Below the pieces are notes generated by a model. The model was given only the letters and a program-made list of their open reading frames with translations, searched no databases and had not been told where the DNA came from. The position numbers and the translations under genes were made by a program. Below, piece after piece: positions 27,063 to 41,499 of a DNA stretch of 64,000 nt. Source of the stretch: Octopus vulgaris (Eukaryota); assembly GCA_951406725.2 (NCBI GenBank), contig OX597830.1, positions 12,400,001 to 12,464,000 on the forward strand, in the 5' to 3' direction. How positions within the stretch are numbered: the first letter of the stretch is position 1; each line of letters begins with the position of its first letter.

Positions 27063-27816
27063 CTGGGGTCGATGTAATCGATTATACCCTTCCCCCAATT
27101 GTGTAGAAAGGATTATTATTTATGGAAAACAGACTGTAAAAACTCAAACCTATTTTTAGGAATTACAGTAACTAATATTGATTGGTGCATGACCTAATAA
27201 AACGTGAAGTTATTTTGTTACACTTGTTTTCTTGCTCTATTTCACACAGCAATTTATTGCTATGACAAAAGAGAAAGAAAGGAAAATAAAGTAAGAAAGA
27301 TCTTCCCTTGCGTAGAACACTTTAGGTGTCACTGGTAAATACAAATGACGATACAGACAGTCGAGAAAACAGTTTTTAGGGAATGATTGTAAGTTTGACG
27401 AAGATCTGAAATAGGAAACTGAGCTTCTATATATATCCTCATTAAATAAGATGTTAGCAAATCTATGTTAGTAGAATGTCCAGCTTCAATAAGATTTATT
27501 TGAGGATGAATACACAGAAAATAGGTTAAATATTTGAAGAGGAAAAATAACGCCGCCCATTTCTACTTTAAAAGTGCGTGCCAATTTCTTACATCAACAC
27601 AGATTTCACTCATAGTTGTTGTGTGTGTATATGTGCGTGTGTGTGTGTGTGTTAAAATTTCTTTCAAAAGCCAACATAATACAAGCTTGAAATAAAGTAG
27701 TAAAAACAGAAGGATGGCAAGATGGCAGTTTATAGTCTCAACATTTATTTCAAACTTTCGGGGATAAAACATTTAACAAAAGAAAATGGAGGATGCCATG
27801 TCTCCTTGCGCTTATA

Positions 27817-28300
27817 AGGCGGCGAGCTGGCAGAATCGTTAGCACGCCGGACGAAATGCGTAGCCGTATTTCGTCTGCCCTTACGTTCTGAGTTCAAATT
27901 CCGCCGAGGTCGACTTTGCCTTTCAGCCTTTCGGGGTCGATAAATTAAGTACCAGTTACACACTGGGGTCGATGTAATGAACTTAATTCGTTTGTCTGTC
28001 CTTGTTTGTCCTCTCTATGTTTAACCTCTAGTGGGTAGTAAAAAAATAGGTATTTCGTCCTTCTGAAGGTGGCGAGCTGGCAGAACCGTTAGCACGCCGG
28101 GCGAAATGCTTAGCGGTATTTCTTCTGCCGTTACGTTCTGAGTTCAAATTCCGCCGGGGTCGACTTTGCTTTTCATCCTTTCGGGGGTCGATAAATTAAG
28201 TACCAGTTGCGCACTGGGGTCGATGTAATCGACTTAATTCGTTTGTCTGTCCTTGTTTGCCCCCTCTGTGTTTAGCCCCTTGTAGGTAATAACGAAACAT
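27817..28300 (+). mobile_element. Two tandem family A SINEs
   Basis: ggcggcgagctggcagaa head present twice, each with a full core. Confidence 0.88.
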
Positions 28301-28338
28301 ATATGTTTAAAATATACCGGCATATCACCATATACCTT

Positions 28339-28384
<46 letters not shown>

Positions 28385-28705
28385 AAAGATCCTTACTTTC
28401 TTTTACTTTTACTTTCTTTTACTTGTTTCAGTCATTTGACTGTGGCCATGCTGGAGCACCGCCTCTTAGTCTCGAAAGATTAAATTATATGGCAAAAATA
28501 CGAACAATTGTTTTAATTTCTTTATTTTAGTTTTCACTCATACATTTCCCCTGCACTGGGCTGGTTTTCAAAACAATTTTAATTCTATTTCATTATGCTT
28601 CATTCAAACTACACTAATATTTGTGCAGGTTTTTCTGTGTGCATTTCTGTGTATATATGCATCACTACTTATTTATGCATATAAGTAGTGACGCATATAT
28701 ACCAA

Positions 28706-28746
<41 letters not shown>

Positions 28747-29084
28747 ACATACATATAAATATGCAAGCATGCATACGTGTGTGTGTGTGTGTCGGGAATG
28801 GCGTGGGATAGAACAGACAACACTGACTTGATGCTTGTGGCTTTTGAAAGGGGATGATCTCAGGTTGCATCATAAGCGGGTCCTTGTTTGTTGAAAGAAA
28901 TGAGGTATGTTGAGATCCCATTACTGCCCTGACAGTGCTTGAAGGCTGGGTTTGAAATTTTATGCCTTGTTTGCACGGGGAGGAGGAGTTTCCTCCACTT
29001 TTAGCCTGAGCGGCTTTCGAAAGGTGGCCACCCACCCTCACTCCATTTCTTCCTGTCACTTCTCGTTGCTTGACCTCGGTGCAC

Positions 29085-29111
29085 TCCTTCATTTCTTTCT
29101 TTTCTTCCTTC

Positions 29112-29147
<36 letters not shown>

Positions 29148-29340
29148 TTCCTTTCTTTCTTTCTTCCTTCATTTCTTCCTTTCTTCCTTTTTTCTTCCTT
29201 TCTTCCTTTCTTCCTTTCTTCCTTCATTTCTTCCTTTCTTCCTTTTTTCTTCCTTTCTTCCTTTCTTCCTTTCTTTCTTTCTTTCTTCCTTTCTTCCTTT
29301 CTTCCTTTCTTTCTTTCTTTCTTTCTTTCTTCTTCCTCTA
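29085..29340. repeat. (TTTC/TTCC)n polypyrimidine tract
   Basis: Direct inspection. Confidence 0.95.
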
Positions 29341-31065
29341 CTCCTTTCTTTCATTACTACCTTCCTTTTTTTTCTTTTCCTTCTCTCTGCCCTCTCCACT
29401 TTTTACAGTTCCTTTGCTCGTCATTCTTCTTTTAGTTATTTTCTGATGGATTAATTCTTTTTTATCAATTCTCTTTTACCCAGAAACAAGTCTTTCCCCC
29501 AGTTCTTGTGTTTTGTAAAACTTGTAAATAATTATCAAAACTCTAATGTAGCTCATAAAACTATATAACATTTCTACTTTTTTTTAAGATTGGTGAACTT
29601 CACAAAATATATCCAGTAAAACCATTCCTTTCCATAAGGATTCACAAATTACGTTCTAAAAAAAGGGGAAAGTAGCCCTATATAAAAAAAAATCACGAAG
29701 TTATGGAAAAATGTGAAACTTACAAAGACATGTCATTCTCGTATTCCACCATATTTGATGTGTTATTCATTGACATAGGTTTGTACATTAACCATTCTAT
29801 AAAGTTTTATATACACTTTGTATTTGCCTCAGAAATTAGACAACACTCTATACATATTTATAGGCGCAGTTTGTCCAATAGGTTTAGCGTGAGAACATTA
29901 TATGACCAGACTATATCTGTAATTTTACGAGTTTTCCAGTTGCAGGGAACTCTACATTAAATTCGGAAAAATATTGTGTCACTTGGAAATGACGTAGTTT
30001 AAAGAGGTCATGGAAATCATGATTGATGTGGTTGGGTTAATGACTCACAGAGAAAGTTTATCAAACTACGAGAGGATGCGATCAGAACAAAAGCAAGACG
30101 AGAATATAGAAATTCTAAAACCCCTTTAATTGACTGTAAAGAATATTTGCAAAGGGCTGGCACTCATAGAAGTTCTGTACATGTTTGCTTGCTTATAATC
30201 GTTCTAATCGTGAACGTAACGTTAAAAATTACATGGGGAGTTTACAAGGAGATGATGCGCCGCAAACATCGAATAACTTTGGACAAGTTCTTCATTCCTT
30301 GTTGATGGTAATGAACTATATAATAGAAGATAATGTCCCCCCCATCCTCCCAGTAACTTTCATTCCACCACCTCTCGCACAATATATTTTTTTAATTCTA
30401 TCTAGTTTCAGCTCACGAACTGTGGCCATGCTGGTGCTTTTATAGTAGGAACGGTCTCTATCATGATATTACTAGCTTTATTTACTTCCTGAAATATTTC
30501 ACTTCAAATGTTTTTATGTACACGTTGCACTGTGTATGTTTAGAAATTTATTTTCGTGCATAAAAGTGGTCGTGTTGCTTTGTTGATATTGTTTACGAAA
30601 ATATTCTTCGGAACGCATCTCGCTTTATATCATGGACATCAGTGAGGACATGGGAATATTAATGTCACGTTATGGAATTTTGCGTTACGAAAAAATTGTA
30701 AGGAATGGCGGCTTTCGTAACGTGAGGAGTACTTTTGATATCTACATTTCACGCCTTTGGTGTGAAAAAGAATAAAAGAGAATACACGAATATATTCAAC
30801 AAATTGTCCTTGTATAAAACGAAATCATACCAAATCAAACTAAACGACTTTCCGTATCTGTGACATTCTACGAACTTTATCAAGTCAAAGCAAATGAAAG
30901 TAGGAAACCTTTCAGAATTTCTGAGAATTAAACAAGCTCGAAATGTATAGGTTCATCTCAATAAGAAATGTCACGCATTCACTCCAATGAAAATATTTCA
31001 TCTTTATGTATGGGATAAAATAAATAGAATACAACAATGAATGGTAATAATTATAAAATTATAAC

Positions 31066-31149
31066 CTGATAAAGAGGTAGGCATATTGAATCAATCCAAC
31101 CTAATTGTAATTTAGGAAGTTCTTCCTCATTCCCACGGTCCATGTGTGC
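31066..31149 (-). CDS. PDE11A: PDE11A-like exon: [28 protein letters not shown]
   Basis: 84 bp, phase 0 to 0, ttattccag / gttata (weak donor). Carries the invariant substrate-binding Gln followed by xxW-ID, the Trp seen in PDE11. Confidence 0.92.
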
Positions 31150-31270
31150 CTGGAATAAAATAAAAGACACAATTTATAATTTAAAATGATGCATTGAAGA
31201 GTGGATATGAAGTAATAGTGTGGAATTTATCCTAGCTAATTCTCCTTTGTCTCTCTCGAAATTTCGCCAA

Positions 31271-31316
31271 GACACCTGATGAAGGCTGGAGGGTATATCA
31301 GATGAAACGTTGTGTT
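31271..31316 (+). ncRNA. Minimal hammerhead fold, stem II partly decayed
   Basis: gacac-CTGATGA-aggctg...cagat-GAAA-cg-TT-gtgtt. Palindromic ACGT stem III; stem I gacac/gtgtt. Confidence 0.55.
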
Positions 31317-31579
31317 AACAACAAGTAAGATGAGGACAAATATCTGTCAAATGTAAATAATGTAAAAGAGAAATAATATTTTTAAGATTATAAACCTGGG
31401 AAATTACAAGACAAGTTATTACACTTGGAAAAGTTCAGGACAGCTTATCAAAGCCACAGAACAAGAACATTTTTACTTAAAATATTGCAGCTAAGGATAA
31501 AATTTCAAATAAAATATTAAGATTTAGAAAATATTAGCTTTTATTGAAACTAAAAATTTTATTACAAGTTATTACTATC

Positions 31580-32600
31580 TATTAGGTTGGCAACTAAGTT
31601 CCCACCGCTTTCTAAAATTTAAATTTTTTCAAAGATTTAATTAAAAATAACAACTAATTAATCAATAATGTATTCACCCTTGCTGTTTACATCTTCCTAA
31701 CGTTCAACAAGATTTTCAATACCTCATTGGTAGAAATCACCTGATTTCGACTTGAAAAATTGATCCAACCAATCTCTCAATTCTGCATCAGAATTGAACG
31801 AAACTCCGCGCATAGCATTTGAAAGAAATCGAAGGAGGTGGAAATCCGTTGGTGCCAAACTAGGAGAGTACGGTGGGTATGGCAGCACTTCCCAGCCATG
31901 CGTTTGAATGGCTTCCTTGGTCATATTGTCGATATGAGGGCGGGCATTGTTGTGCAGCAGAAGAACTCCATGCTGCTGATTAGGCCTTTTCTCTTGAATA
32001 GCCGTGTTGAGTCGCTCCATCTGTTGAACATAGAGTTCCGCGTTGACCGTTTGGTTCCGTTAAAGCAATTCGTAATGGATAATCCCTTCCCAGTCCCACC
32101 ATACGCACAACATCATTTTACGCGGATGAAGATCTTGTTTCACGCGCGGTGTCGCTTGTTTACCGGGGCTAAGCCATTCCTTACGCTGCTTCATATTGAT
32201 GTGCAAGCACCATTTTTCGTCGCCAGTAATGATTCGGTAAAGAAATCGTTGCTTGTGTCCATGAGTTGAGCGGTGACGAGCAAGCAAACCAGCAGAGAGT
32301 GTGGCTCGTTGATTTTTGTTGTCACTTAAAGCATGCGAAACCTATGCTCCATACTTCTGAACCTTTCCCATCGAGTGAAGATGCTTCTCTATAGCAGTGT
32401 GGGAGCTTTCCATTTTCTCTGCCAGTTCCCTTTTCGTTTGACGAGAATTTTCGTGCAAAAGTGGTTTTCATCGCTCTTCATCGAACTCAATTGGACGGCC
32501 AGAATGAGGTGCGTCTTTGAAGTCAAAATTTCTATTTTTTAACTTGGTATACCAATCAGGAGCGGGTCTTTCAGCTATGATAATGACACCCCGGTCTCGC
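31580..32600 (-). mobile_element. Mariner (SETMAR/Mos1-type DD34D) transposase pseudogene with its 3' TIR
   Basis: RIITGDEKW, CVWWDWEGIIHYELL, LLLHNNARPH, YPPYSPSLAPTDFHL; TA+ttaggttggcaac TIR at 31580. Confidence 0.92.
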
Positions 32601-32930
32601 GCCGTTTCCGCCATACCGGTCATTCATTACAACGCATGTCTGTGTTCGGATTGTCTTTGCACAAGGATATCCAGACTCCCGCCTTCGCCGTGAACAGGAA
32701 TAATTCTTCTCTCTTCGCTCCTTTGCTCCACATTGGGCACAACTCTCCCTCTTCATATATTTCCCCTCCTCTTCTCTCTTCATCTGACACCTACTTCCTC
32801 TCTGCACTCCTACACGCCACTCCTCTCTTTTCTTGCACTGACACCTACTTCCTCTCTGCACTCCTACTCCTACTCGCCACTCCTCTCTTTTCTTGCACTG
32901 ACACCTACTTCCTCTCTTCCTTCCTACCCA

Positions 32931-32983
<53 letters not shown>

Positions 32984-34145
32984 TACATACATTATTTTAT
33001 ATCAGACACGGTAATGTCCCTTTTGAAAATTATATCACTCACGTGAATATATAAGAAGCATACACTTTACAATAATAGTATGGATCGTACGATATGGAAA
33101 AGGCATGGATAATGTTTAAGAGTTCACACTGTAAATCATAGTCGTTCAAGAAACGGTCGAACATCTTAAATTGGTGACAGCTGAGACTGAAACAATGAAA
33201 GTATTGCATTTTTTTCTAGTTCGGTGATTTTGTAGAATGCAGATATGAAGAGCTCACATAAATACGTGATGATAAAATAATGTCATCGCAGTCCAAAATA
33301 TTTGTTCAGTCGAAGCAACAAATGTATCGGTTTGTGACCTTTTAGAAATAGATTTCCATTAAATCATTTCTTACTAAAAGGGTATAATAAAGTCCTAAAT
33401 ACAATGTCTGAATATAAAAGGAGGGTAATTACAGCTTGAAAACCTTTGAAAATTGTATTGTTCGGCTTGATGCGACAACTGAGAAAATCAATGACATTGT
33501 TTCCGTTACGTATTTTCTGATTTTTCTAAACTTTCATAAATATTTTATTGATTTCATTCGTTATGATCTAATAAATTTTGTTGCCACTGATTGATTATTA
33601 TATCTATGATAGAATATCTATTTAGAAGGAAGGCAGTTCACGTTCTCTAACGTTATATTTCATTAATTTACTCAAATATATTGTTGGTGATGCTGTTGAA
33701 GTATGAAAAATGTATTTAATCTCAATCTGACGCAAATTATGGAGTGTAGATAATGAACTGAATACGTAAATATAGCAACATCAATAACTTGCGTAAAGCA
33801 AAAATTTGGTCGATATTTACACTTAGCAATATCAGAAAATATTTTATATACTTCATCTTCGAAAGGTAAATTTCTTGAAATTCGGTCAGAAAAACTTATC
33901 TTCCACCTCTAGTTTGAGAAACAAAGAGCCAAACATTCTCGATGCAAGATAAAAGCGTCAGTTTACTGAAAAGAACATTAGACAGATCTTATACATTATT
34001 CACTGAGTCTACATATTATTCAATAGTTCAATATCTATGTACAAAGAATCATAACCAGTTTAAATCAAATATATCAATAGATCACTGATATCATATTAAT
34101 GTAAATGTGATTGTTGTACTTGTTTAAGATATGAAAGCTACTCAC

Positions 34146-34220
34146 CATGGGTTCAATCTTCAGTTCTTTTCGTTCTTTGTCCCCTTGATCAAAAAATTCC
34201 GACATCACCAAATCTGCAAC
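34146..34220 (-). CDS. PDE11A: PDE11A-like exon: VADLVMSEFFDQGDKERKELKIEPM
   Basis: 75 bp, phase 0 to 0, ttcttcttag / gtgagt. EFFxQGDxE motif. Confidence 0.94.
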
Positions 34221-34969
34221 CTAAGAAGAATGAAAAGAAAACATTACAAAAACGACATCTGGTTTTAAATAATTACAACATTATCTGGTTCTTGGCTGAC
34301 TCTAACGAGGTCATCTGGGCCAGAACTTTCTCCTTTACAGAGGCCGACAAGAAACAAATCAGCGTTACCTTTCCTTCGCTGAAAAAGTCGCATAAAAAGG
34401 GAGGAGAAAGCATGAATGAATATTACGGCTGGAATTGAAAATAATATCATGTAATATAGATGTCAAAGAAATAATGTAGAAATCAAAGAAATTTCACTTA
34501 ATTCTTTTTTTATGCCATACAATTTTTATGACATAATCATGAAGAGTCGATATACATTTAGTCCTACGAAAAGTATTTAGTACACACCGGTTTGTTTGCC
34601 AAAAATGTACTAATAAAGTAAAGGTTATCGTAATAACGATAAATCGTGTGATGATAAAAAAGGGCGAACAAATGATTGATTTCAAACTTTAGCACAAGGC
34701 CAGAGATTTGTTGAGGGAAGGAGGGAGGGTTCTAATCGATTATATCGATCCCAGTGTTCAGCAGTTACTTATTTTATCGACACCGAAAGAGTAGAAGGCA
34801 AAAATCTACGTCGGCAGAATTTGAACCTAAAGACGAACGGAATGTCGCTGATATTATGCCCGGTGGGCTAACGATTCTGCCAGTTCACCGCTTTGAGAAA
34901 GTGAAATATTAAGTATTTATATATATATGTATATGTACATATGTGTGTGTGTAGGTTGAGGAAGCTGCC

Positions 34970-35560
34970 CGTGAGATTTGTGCTGTGAATGGGGAGAGAG
35001 CAATGCCTCAGCGTACCACCCACCGTTGGTTTTCGTGCTATAAGAGGGGAATTTTAACCTTGAAGACAGATTACACACCAATCAACCAATTGGGTTCGAT
35101 GAAGAGCGATTGAATCACCTTTTTTCACGAAAATCGAATTCAAAGGACCAGAGAACTGTCAGAGCAGAGGGATTGGGATAAAAAAAAACTGTGGCAAACC
35201 ACCTTCTCTCAATGGCTAAGGTTTTCATCGCCAATATGAACAAAGCTGCGATTCAAGAACTCGAATGTAAAGTCCTGCCTCTATGCTCCATACTTTCCAG
35301 GCTAGGCGCCGTCAGATTTTCATCACTTTCGACCGTGTATCGTTCAATAATAATGTAGAATTAAGGGCTTGGTTGGTCGAATTCTTTGAGTCAAGACCGG
35401 AATATTTCTATCACTGAGGCATCAAAAAAATTACTGAACGATGGGAGGAAGTCGTAAACAACAACGGAAAAATGTATTTTCTGTTTATTTGTTGTAGTTT
35501 TTTCGCTTAAAATAATTTTGAAAAAAAAAAAACGGTCATGAATTATTCTTTAACTCAATA
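34970..35560 (+). mobile_element. Deleted mariner relic related to 31580-32600
   Basis: KAAIQELE...PYFPG.APSDFH remnants; TIR-like end before the CA/TA tract. Confidence 0.65.
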
Positions 35561-35571
35561 CACACACACAT

Positions 35572-35652
<81 letters not shown>

Positions 35653-35702
35653 TATACATACGTACATATATATATATATATATACATACATACATACACA
35701 CT

Positions 35703-35775
<73 letters not shown>

Positions 35776-35885
35776 GATCTCTGTATTTCTGTATGGTTGT
35801 ATTTAAATGATTGCATATATCTACGAATGTCTACAAATATTGTATTATTTTATAACTATATCATTTTTACTTAGTTGGCTTGCAT

Positions 35886-35989
<104 letters not shown>

Positions 35990-37414
35990 GTATAGGAAGC
36001 CCAATATATCCAACATGATCGATAAAGGTACATCAGACATATGCATCACAACCAAGATAAATAGCACAATAACTCGCAGGTGGGACCCAGTTAGAATTTT
36101 TTTCAGGTAGAATGGCCCATTCCGTTCAAAAGATGCATGAATAAGAGTTGTTTAATTATGAAGGAAACGTCCATGTTTTCAAGGGTGAATTGGACAAATC
36201 CCTCTCAACACAACGACTATGATCCTCCCTCACTACTGCTAGCGATCGGACATACGTATCTCGTCAGTCACTAAGGGACAGACTGGTCAGGGCCAATCAG
36301 CTGACTAGTAAATAAGTGGTACAAAGCAGAGTATTTGCTACAGCCCATCTTTAGCACTAAGACAAAATGGCGGTGCCCCAGCATGGCCACAGCTCATAAG
36401 CTGAAACTAGAATCAATCAATCATACATGATAACATTTCCAATCAACTAAGATCAGAAGCTGTGGCAGTCACCGCCTGATAATTCTGCTTGAGAAAAGGA
36501 GAGGAGAAAGAAAAAGGAGAGATGGAAAGAAGAGGCATCACAAAGGGTTGAGGCTGATATGCATTTGCTTATAAATGTCTGTATAATTGTCATGTAACGT
36601 TTTATAACTCGAACTTAAGGGGAGGAATTGTAGCAAATAGAACAAAAGTGTGGTAAATAAGATAGAAAGGCCGAACGCAAGGTAAATTAGAAAAGAAGTG
36701 TAAAGCAAGGGAAATTAGATTGATAGAAAGAACAAGGTTCAAATACACAGACACAGGTAGGTAGAAATATAGGGTACATAAATAAATGACTCGGGTAGAT
36801 AAAGTATATATCGAAGGTTGTTCAATGAGAAAAAACAAGGGGGAAAATATTAATAGGGGGAAAGAGTATGTACAGAAATGCTTGTAACTAGAAAATTGTG
36901 CAAAGATAAATGTTAGTATGCTCAACAATACTAACGTAGATGATAACAAATGCTTTTTAAATGGTAATTGCCTGATGTTGCTTTTTAAATAGTAATTGCC
37001 TGATTAAAGGAGGTTTTTTATAGGGATAGGTACACATTAATAATAATGTACAAAACTTATACTGGAGCTACAGAAAGCTGTTTCAGATCGAGACATTATT
37101 TACAAAAGAATTTATTCAAATATCCGGAGAACACGTCGTCAGCGAATTTAGTTAAACAAGTATGGTAATGAAAAGAGGTTGTTTCTGCCCCCTTTAAGAT
37201 ACAAGAGCCTATATTAGGAGGAAGCAAGCCCATACAGGTATGAATCATGCTTAAGTATATCATCACAGAAAGAAAGAAAAAATTCTGGTTAAAGAGTTTT
37301 AACATGCAGTGTAAAAATATATAAAAATGTTATCGGAAATATTCCACGATAAGAAATTGAATATGTACGCGTGCGTATATGTATGAGCGTGGTATATGCA
37401 TGTGTGAGTGAATG

Positions 37415-37448
<34 letters not shown>

Positions 37449-38040
37449 TATTTTGTATGCGCGTATCTTTGTGCGTATTGAATCTGGGTAACTTAATTTG
37501 TATAAATTTTATAAATCTTAGTCTTTCAAATAAGAATTCAAAAGTGCATATTCAGGTTAATTTCCATTTGAATCCAGACTAATTTCCATTTGAAAAAGTA
37601 TAACTGATTGAGACAGATTTATGGAATCAATAGCAAGCTCTCGTATCCTATATGAAAATGTCGGTCATAAAATTCTGAAGATTTGATGTTCGCTTTGTGT
37701 AAGTTTTATATATTGAAGTGGTACGAGAATTTGATATCTTCGTTTCAATTTATGTATTTTGTCGAAGGATTGGTCTGCCCCTAAACTATCACAAAAACAA
37801 TTACTTATTAATATACTCTGGACTATGTAACTTTTAGTAAAAGAAATAAATTATTTCACATTATCTTTTATCTTCTACTTGTTTCAGTCATTTGACTGCA
37901 ATAATGATGAGGCACCGCCTTGAAGGGTTTTAATTGAACAAATCGACTCCAGGATTTATTTTTTCAAAGCGTGGCACTTGTTCTATCGGTCTCTTTTGTC
38001 GAACCGCTAAGTTATATGGACGTAAACCTCACTGCTTTAC

Positions 38041-38640
38041 ATGCACAGAGTAATCATCCCCGTAATATTATTAATAACATACATTATAACATTGAAAATA
38101 GAATTAACTTATTATCCTCTTTGGAAAGCTGGATATAAATATCAAATTAAATACAACAAAATTAACAATGATCTTTCTACTCATGCCAAGAGTGATATGG
38201 ATAAGAATTGCAATAAGGACACTACCAAATCCACACCACATAACAAATTAAAACAACCATGCATGCAACTTACTTCTCTCAATAATATTATTAATAATAC
38301 ACCTAATCGTACGGACAATAATTACGAGAAAAAATTAACATAAATAACATGAAACAAAACCACTTTACAAACAAATCTTCTATTTCGTCACATCCTCTTA
38401 ATAACTCACATAACTACCATAACCAATTTTAATAATGTTAGAAATAATAATAATATTAGAAGTAAAAGAAAAAATCTATACCATATATTCGAATGGGTGA
38501 CCCCCCTAATACAAACCACCACACCAATAAGAAAAACAACAATAACATCTTTTGGATTATCTTTCCTTTTGCTAAACATTTAAAGTCTAATTTTATCAAA
38601 TCTATTCGATGCATTATTAAATCAAACTTTAGTAACGTAA
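38041..38640 (+). mobile_element. Penelope-like element linker/C-terminal remnant
   Basis: LWKAGYKYQIKY...Asn-rich...IFWIIFPFAKHLKSNFIK resembles the PLE post-RT region and the end of the 41500-42250 fragment. Confidence 0.45.
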
Positions 38641-38644
38641 ATTT

Positions 38645-39125
38645 CTCAATTTCACTTAATCTCATTGGGTTTCCTGTGAGTGAACCATCTTTTTCGAGGA
38701 GTGGCCCTATCCTGCAGTGCACTGAAGCAGTTTCTTTGGCAAACTTGTAGAAAGGTTTGGGGTTAGGTTTTATATTGTCTACAGCCCAGGCTTCTTTGTC
38801 TGCTCTTTCTTTTTAATGGGAGATTTGCAGATTTTTTTCAATCTCCAGTTGTTGTATTTTCAGGTGGGACTTTTCACTGCTTTCAATTTGTTTGTTTAGG
38901 CGATTTGAAATTTTTGTACGCCTTCTCGTAAGTATTTTCCTCTCCCTGGGTATTTTGTACTTATGTACAGGGGCCTTTCTCTCTGGGAACATTTGTAGCA
39001 TATGGCTTGCATTTCAGACATGAATTGTTAACGTTTTATGTTGATGTCCGGTTAGGAGAGACATTTAGGCCGGTTTTGTTTGAGAATCTCTTTCTCAATT
39101 TGTTTCTAGGTTGCCTTATGGCAAG
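38645..39125 (-). mobile_element. CR1/L2-group LINE ORF2 tether segment, inverted relative to the adjoining RT
   Basis: IPRERKILTRRR...NIKPNPKPFYKFAK...IGPLLEKDGSLT...LSEI. Confidence 0.75.
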
Positions 39126-39129
39126 TAAA

Positions 39130-40700
39130 CGAAGTGCCTTTACCAACCAAATTGGAACCCTCGCACACACAGACAAGTGAGCGAAGCAGTGGATTTCTTT
39201 GCCGCCTCACCTACAACCAGCGAGATAGTTACGATGGATTACATTAACATTAGCGAAGAAGATATATTACGAGTCATAGATGAGGTGGACGCAACCTCAA
39301 CTGCTGTCCCTGATGGTTTCCCAGCAATCCTCCTCAAATCGTGTAAGCGAGCCCTGGCAAACCCACTACAGATTATCTTCCAGTGCTTTCTTGCAAATGG
39401 CAGGCTGCCACGCAAAGTGAAGGAGAGAAAATATGTTGAATTCATAAAGGAGGAAGCAGAACAGATGCCAAAAACTATAGGCCTATCATACTGACCTCTC
39501 ACATCAGCAGAGTCATCGAACGGATAGTCAAATGGAAACTAATCGCATTCCTTGAAGAAAACAACTTTCTAAGTGATACCAAGCATAACTTTCGACCAGG
39601 TAAGAGCTACTTGACCCAGCTCTTACAGCACTATCACTGGGTGTTGAGATAGTTACTCAATAACTTAAATGTTGACGTATTGTAGCTTGACTTTGCAAAA
39701 GCTTTTTATAAAATGGATCATGGTTTGATATGCATAATCGGAAAACTTGGAGAGTGGTTACATGAGTTTCTGAAAGACAGACGTCAGATAGTAGTGGCTA
39801 ATGAAGCCACCTCAAAGAAAACACAAATAATGAGCGGTGTTCCACAGGGGACTTCTCGGGACCACAGCTTTTCATAGTGGCCCTCTCAAATATGCCCTCA
39901 ACTGCTCGGATACCCACCCTTGCTAGCTACACAAACGATACGAAAGTCTCGCAGAAAATACAGAATCCCAGCGATGTTGCACACCTGCAGCAGGAGTTGA
40001 TTTCAATTTACAGATGGGCTGGGAACAATGATTTGCATTTTAATGCTGAAAAATCCCAAGCCCTGCGCTTGAATATAAAACTTGAATATATGCAATTCAA
40101 AAGCATTTTCATTCTACCCCTAAGACACTTGCAATAGGGAACTGTATAAGAAGAGATTGCATAAATTGAATATAAAACTTACAGGGTACATTGATCCACA
40201 GGGGATTACAATCTCAGAGCCTAAATCAGTGAGGGACCTGGTTATCGACATGAATGATGATAGCTCTTTCCAAGTGCACATGCACATTACCAGGATGGCG
40301 ATAAAGTGCAGAGGACTGGCTGGATGAATCATGAGAACGTCCAGAACCAGAGAGAAGGGAACCATGATGGCTCTCTGGAGTACATTCGTCCTCAGCCGCC
40401 TGGATTACTGCTCTCACAGGTATGGTCACCAACAGCGTAAAATTAACAGCGGACCTTGAAGTAATCCAGCGAAGCTTCACAAAGAAGATGGTCTCGTTAC
40501 AACAGCTCAGCTACTGAGAAAGGCTGAAACAGCTAAGACTCTACCCTCTAGGAGCAATGGCAGGAGAGCTATGCAGTAATATACATCTGGAAGATCATAG
40601 AAGGAATTGTGCCAAATTTTGGCCTTGAAAGTGACACTAATGCCAGAACGGATCAACACTGCATAGTGTCAAAGATCCCAGCAATGCCATCGCGTTTCAT
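39130..40700 (+). mobile_element. CR1/L2-group LINE RT region, disrupted
   Basis: TAVPDGFPAILLKSC, NYRPIILTSHISRVIERIV, DFAKAF, SGVPQG, YTNDTK (YADD-equivalent), RDLVI, LSRLDYCS, LEVIQRSFTK. Confidence 0.88.
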
Positions 40701-40886
40701 GTAAGAGATGCAAATGAGGGTAGCAACATCAACCTCCCTTATTCACCAAATGGCACATATTAGAGGAGGTTCTCAATGATAAAAGTATAGCAAAACGGTG
40801 GTGCCCCAGATTGGCCAGAGCTCTTAGCTTAAAATAAAAATTATACACATATGCATATATATATATATTCATATACCTATATGTAT

Positions 40887-40953
<67 letters not shown>

Positions 40954-40959
40954 CGTACA

Positions 40960-40996
<37 letters not shown>

Positions 40997-41027
40997 GTAC
41001 ACATATATATATACATATACATACGCC

Positions 41028-41089
<62 letters not shown>

Positions 41090-41499
41090 ATGAAGAAATA
41101 AATGATATAGGTATCCACTTTATACAGCTCAACCGATTAGCGCTCTGTTAGAGCTTCAGAAATATAAAATTAAGGAGAAGATAAAACAAGTTCAAAGGCC
41201 GATGTATATATTCATTCAATCCATATCAACGGAAATCTCCATGGTATACAAAGTGCCTACACAGATGCATTCATCTATATGATATATTCAAAAATTTCGA
41301 AGAATTTATAAATACATACATATACATGAAAAATTATAAATATATAAAAATTCATACACATATAGAAATTTACAAACACAAAAATTCATAAATATAAATA
41401 TATAAAAAGTGTAACCCCATAAATGTATTTGCGAAGTCCTAATGAAGAGGATGACAAAGCAGATGTAAAATGATTCATAAGGAGTCTGGAACATGTATA

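Noticed and set aside
32785-32920. Three spaced direct repeats (CRISPR-like appearance)
   Set aside because: The spacers are near-identical, so this is a tandem minisatellite in eukaryotic DNA with no cas genes.
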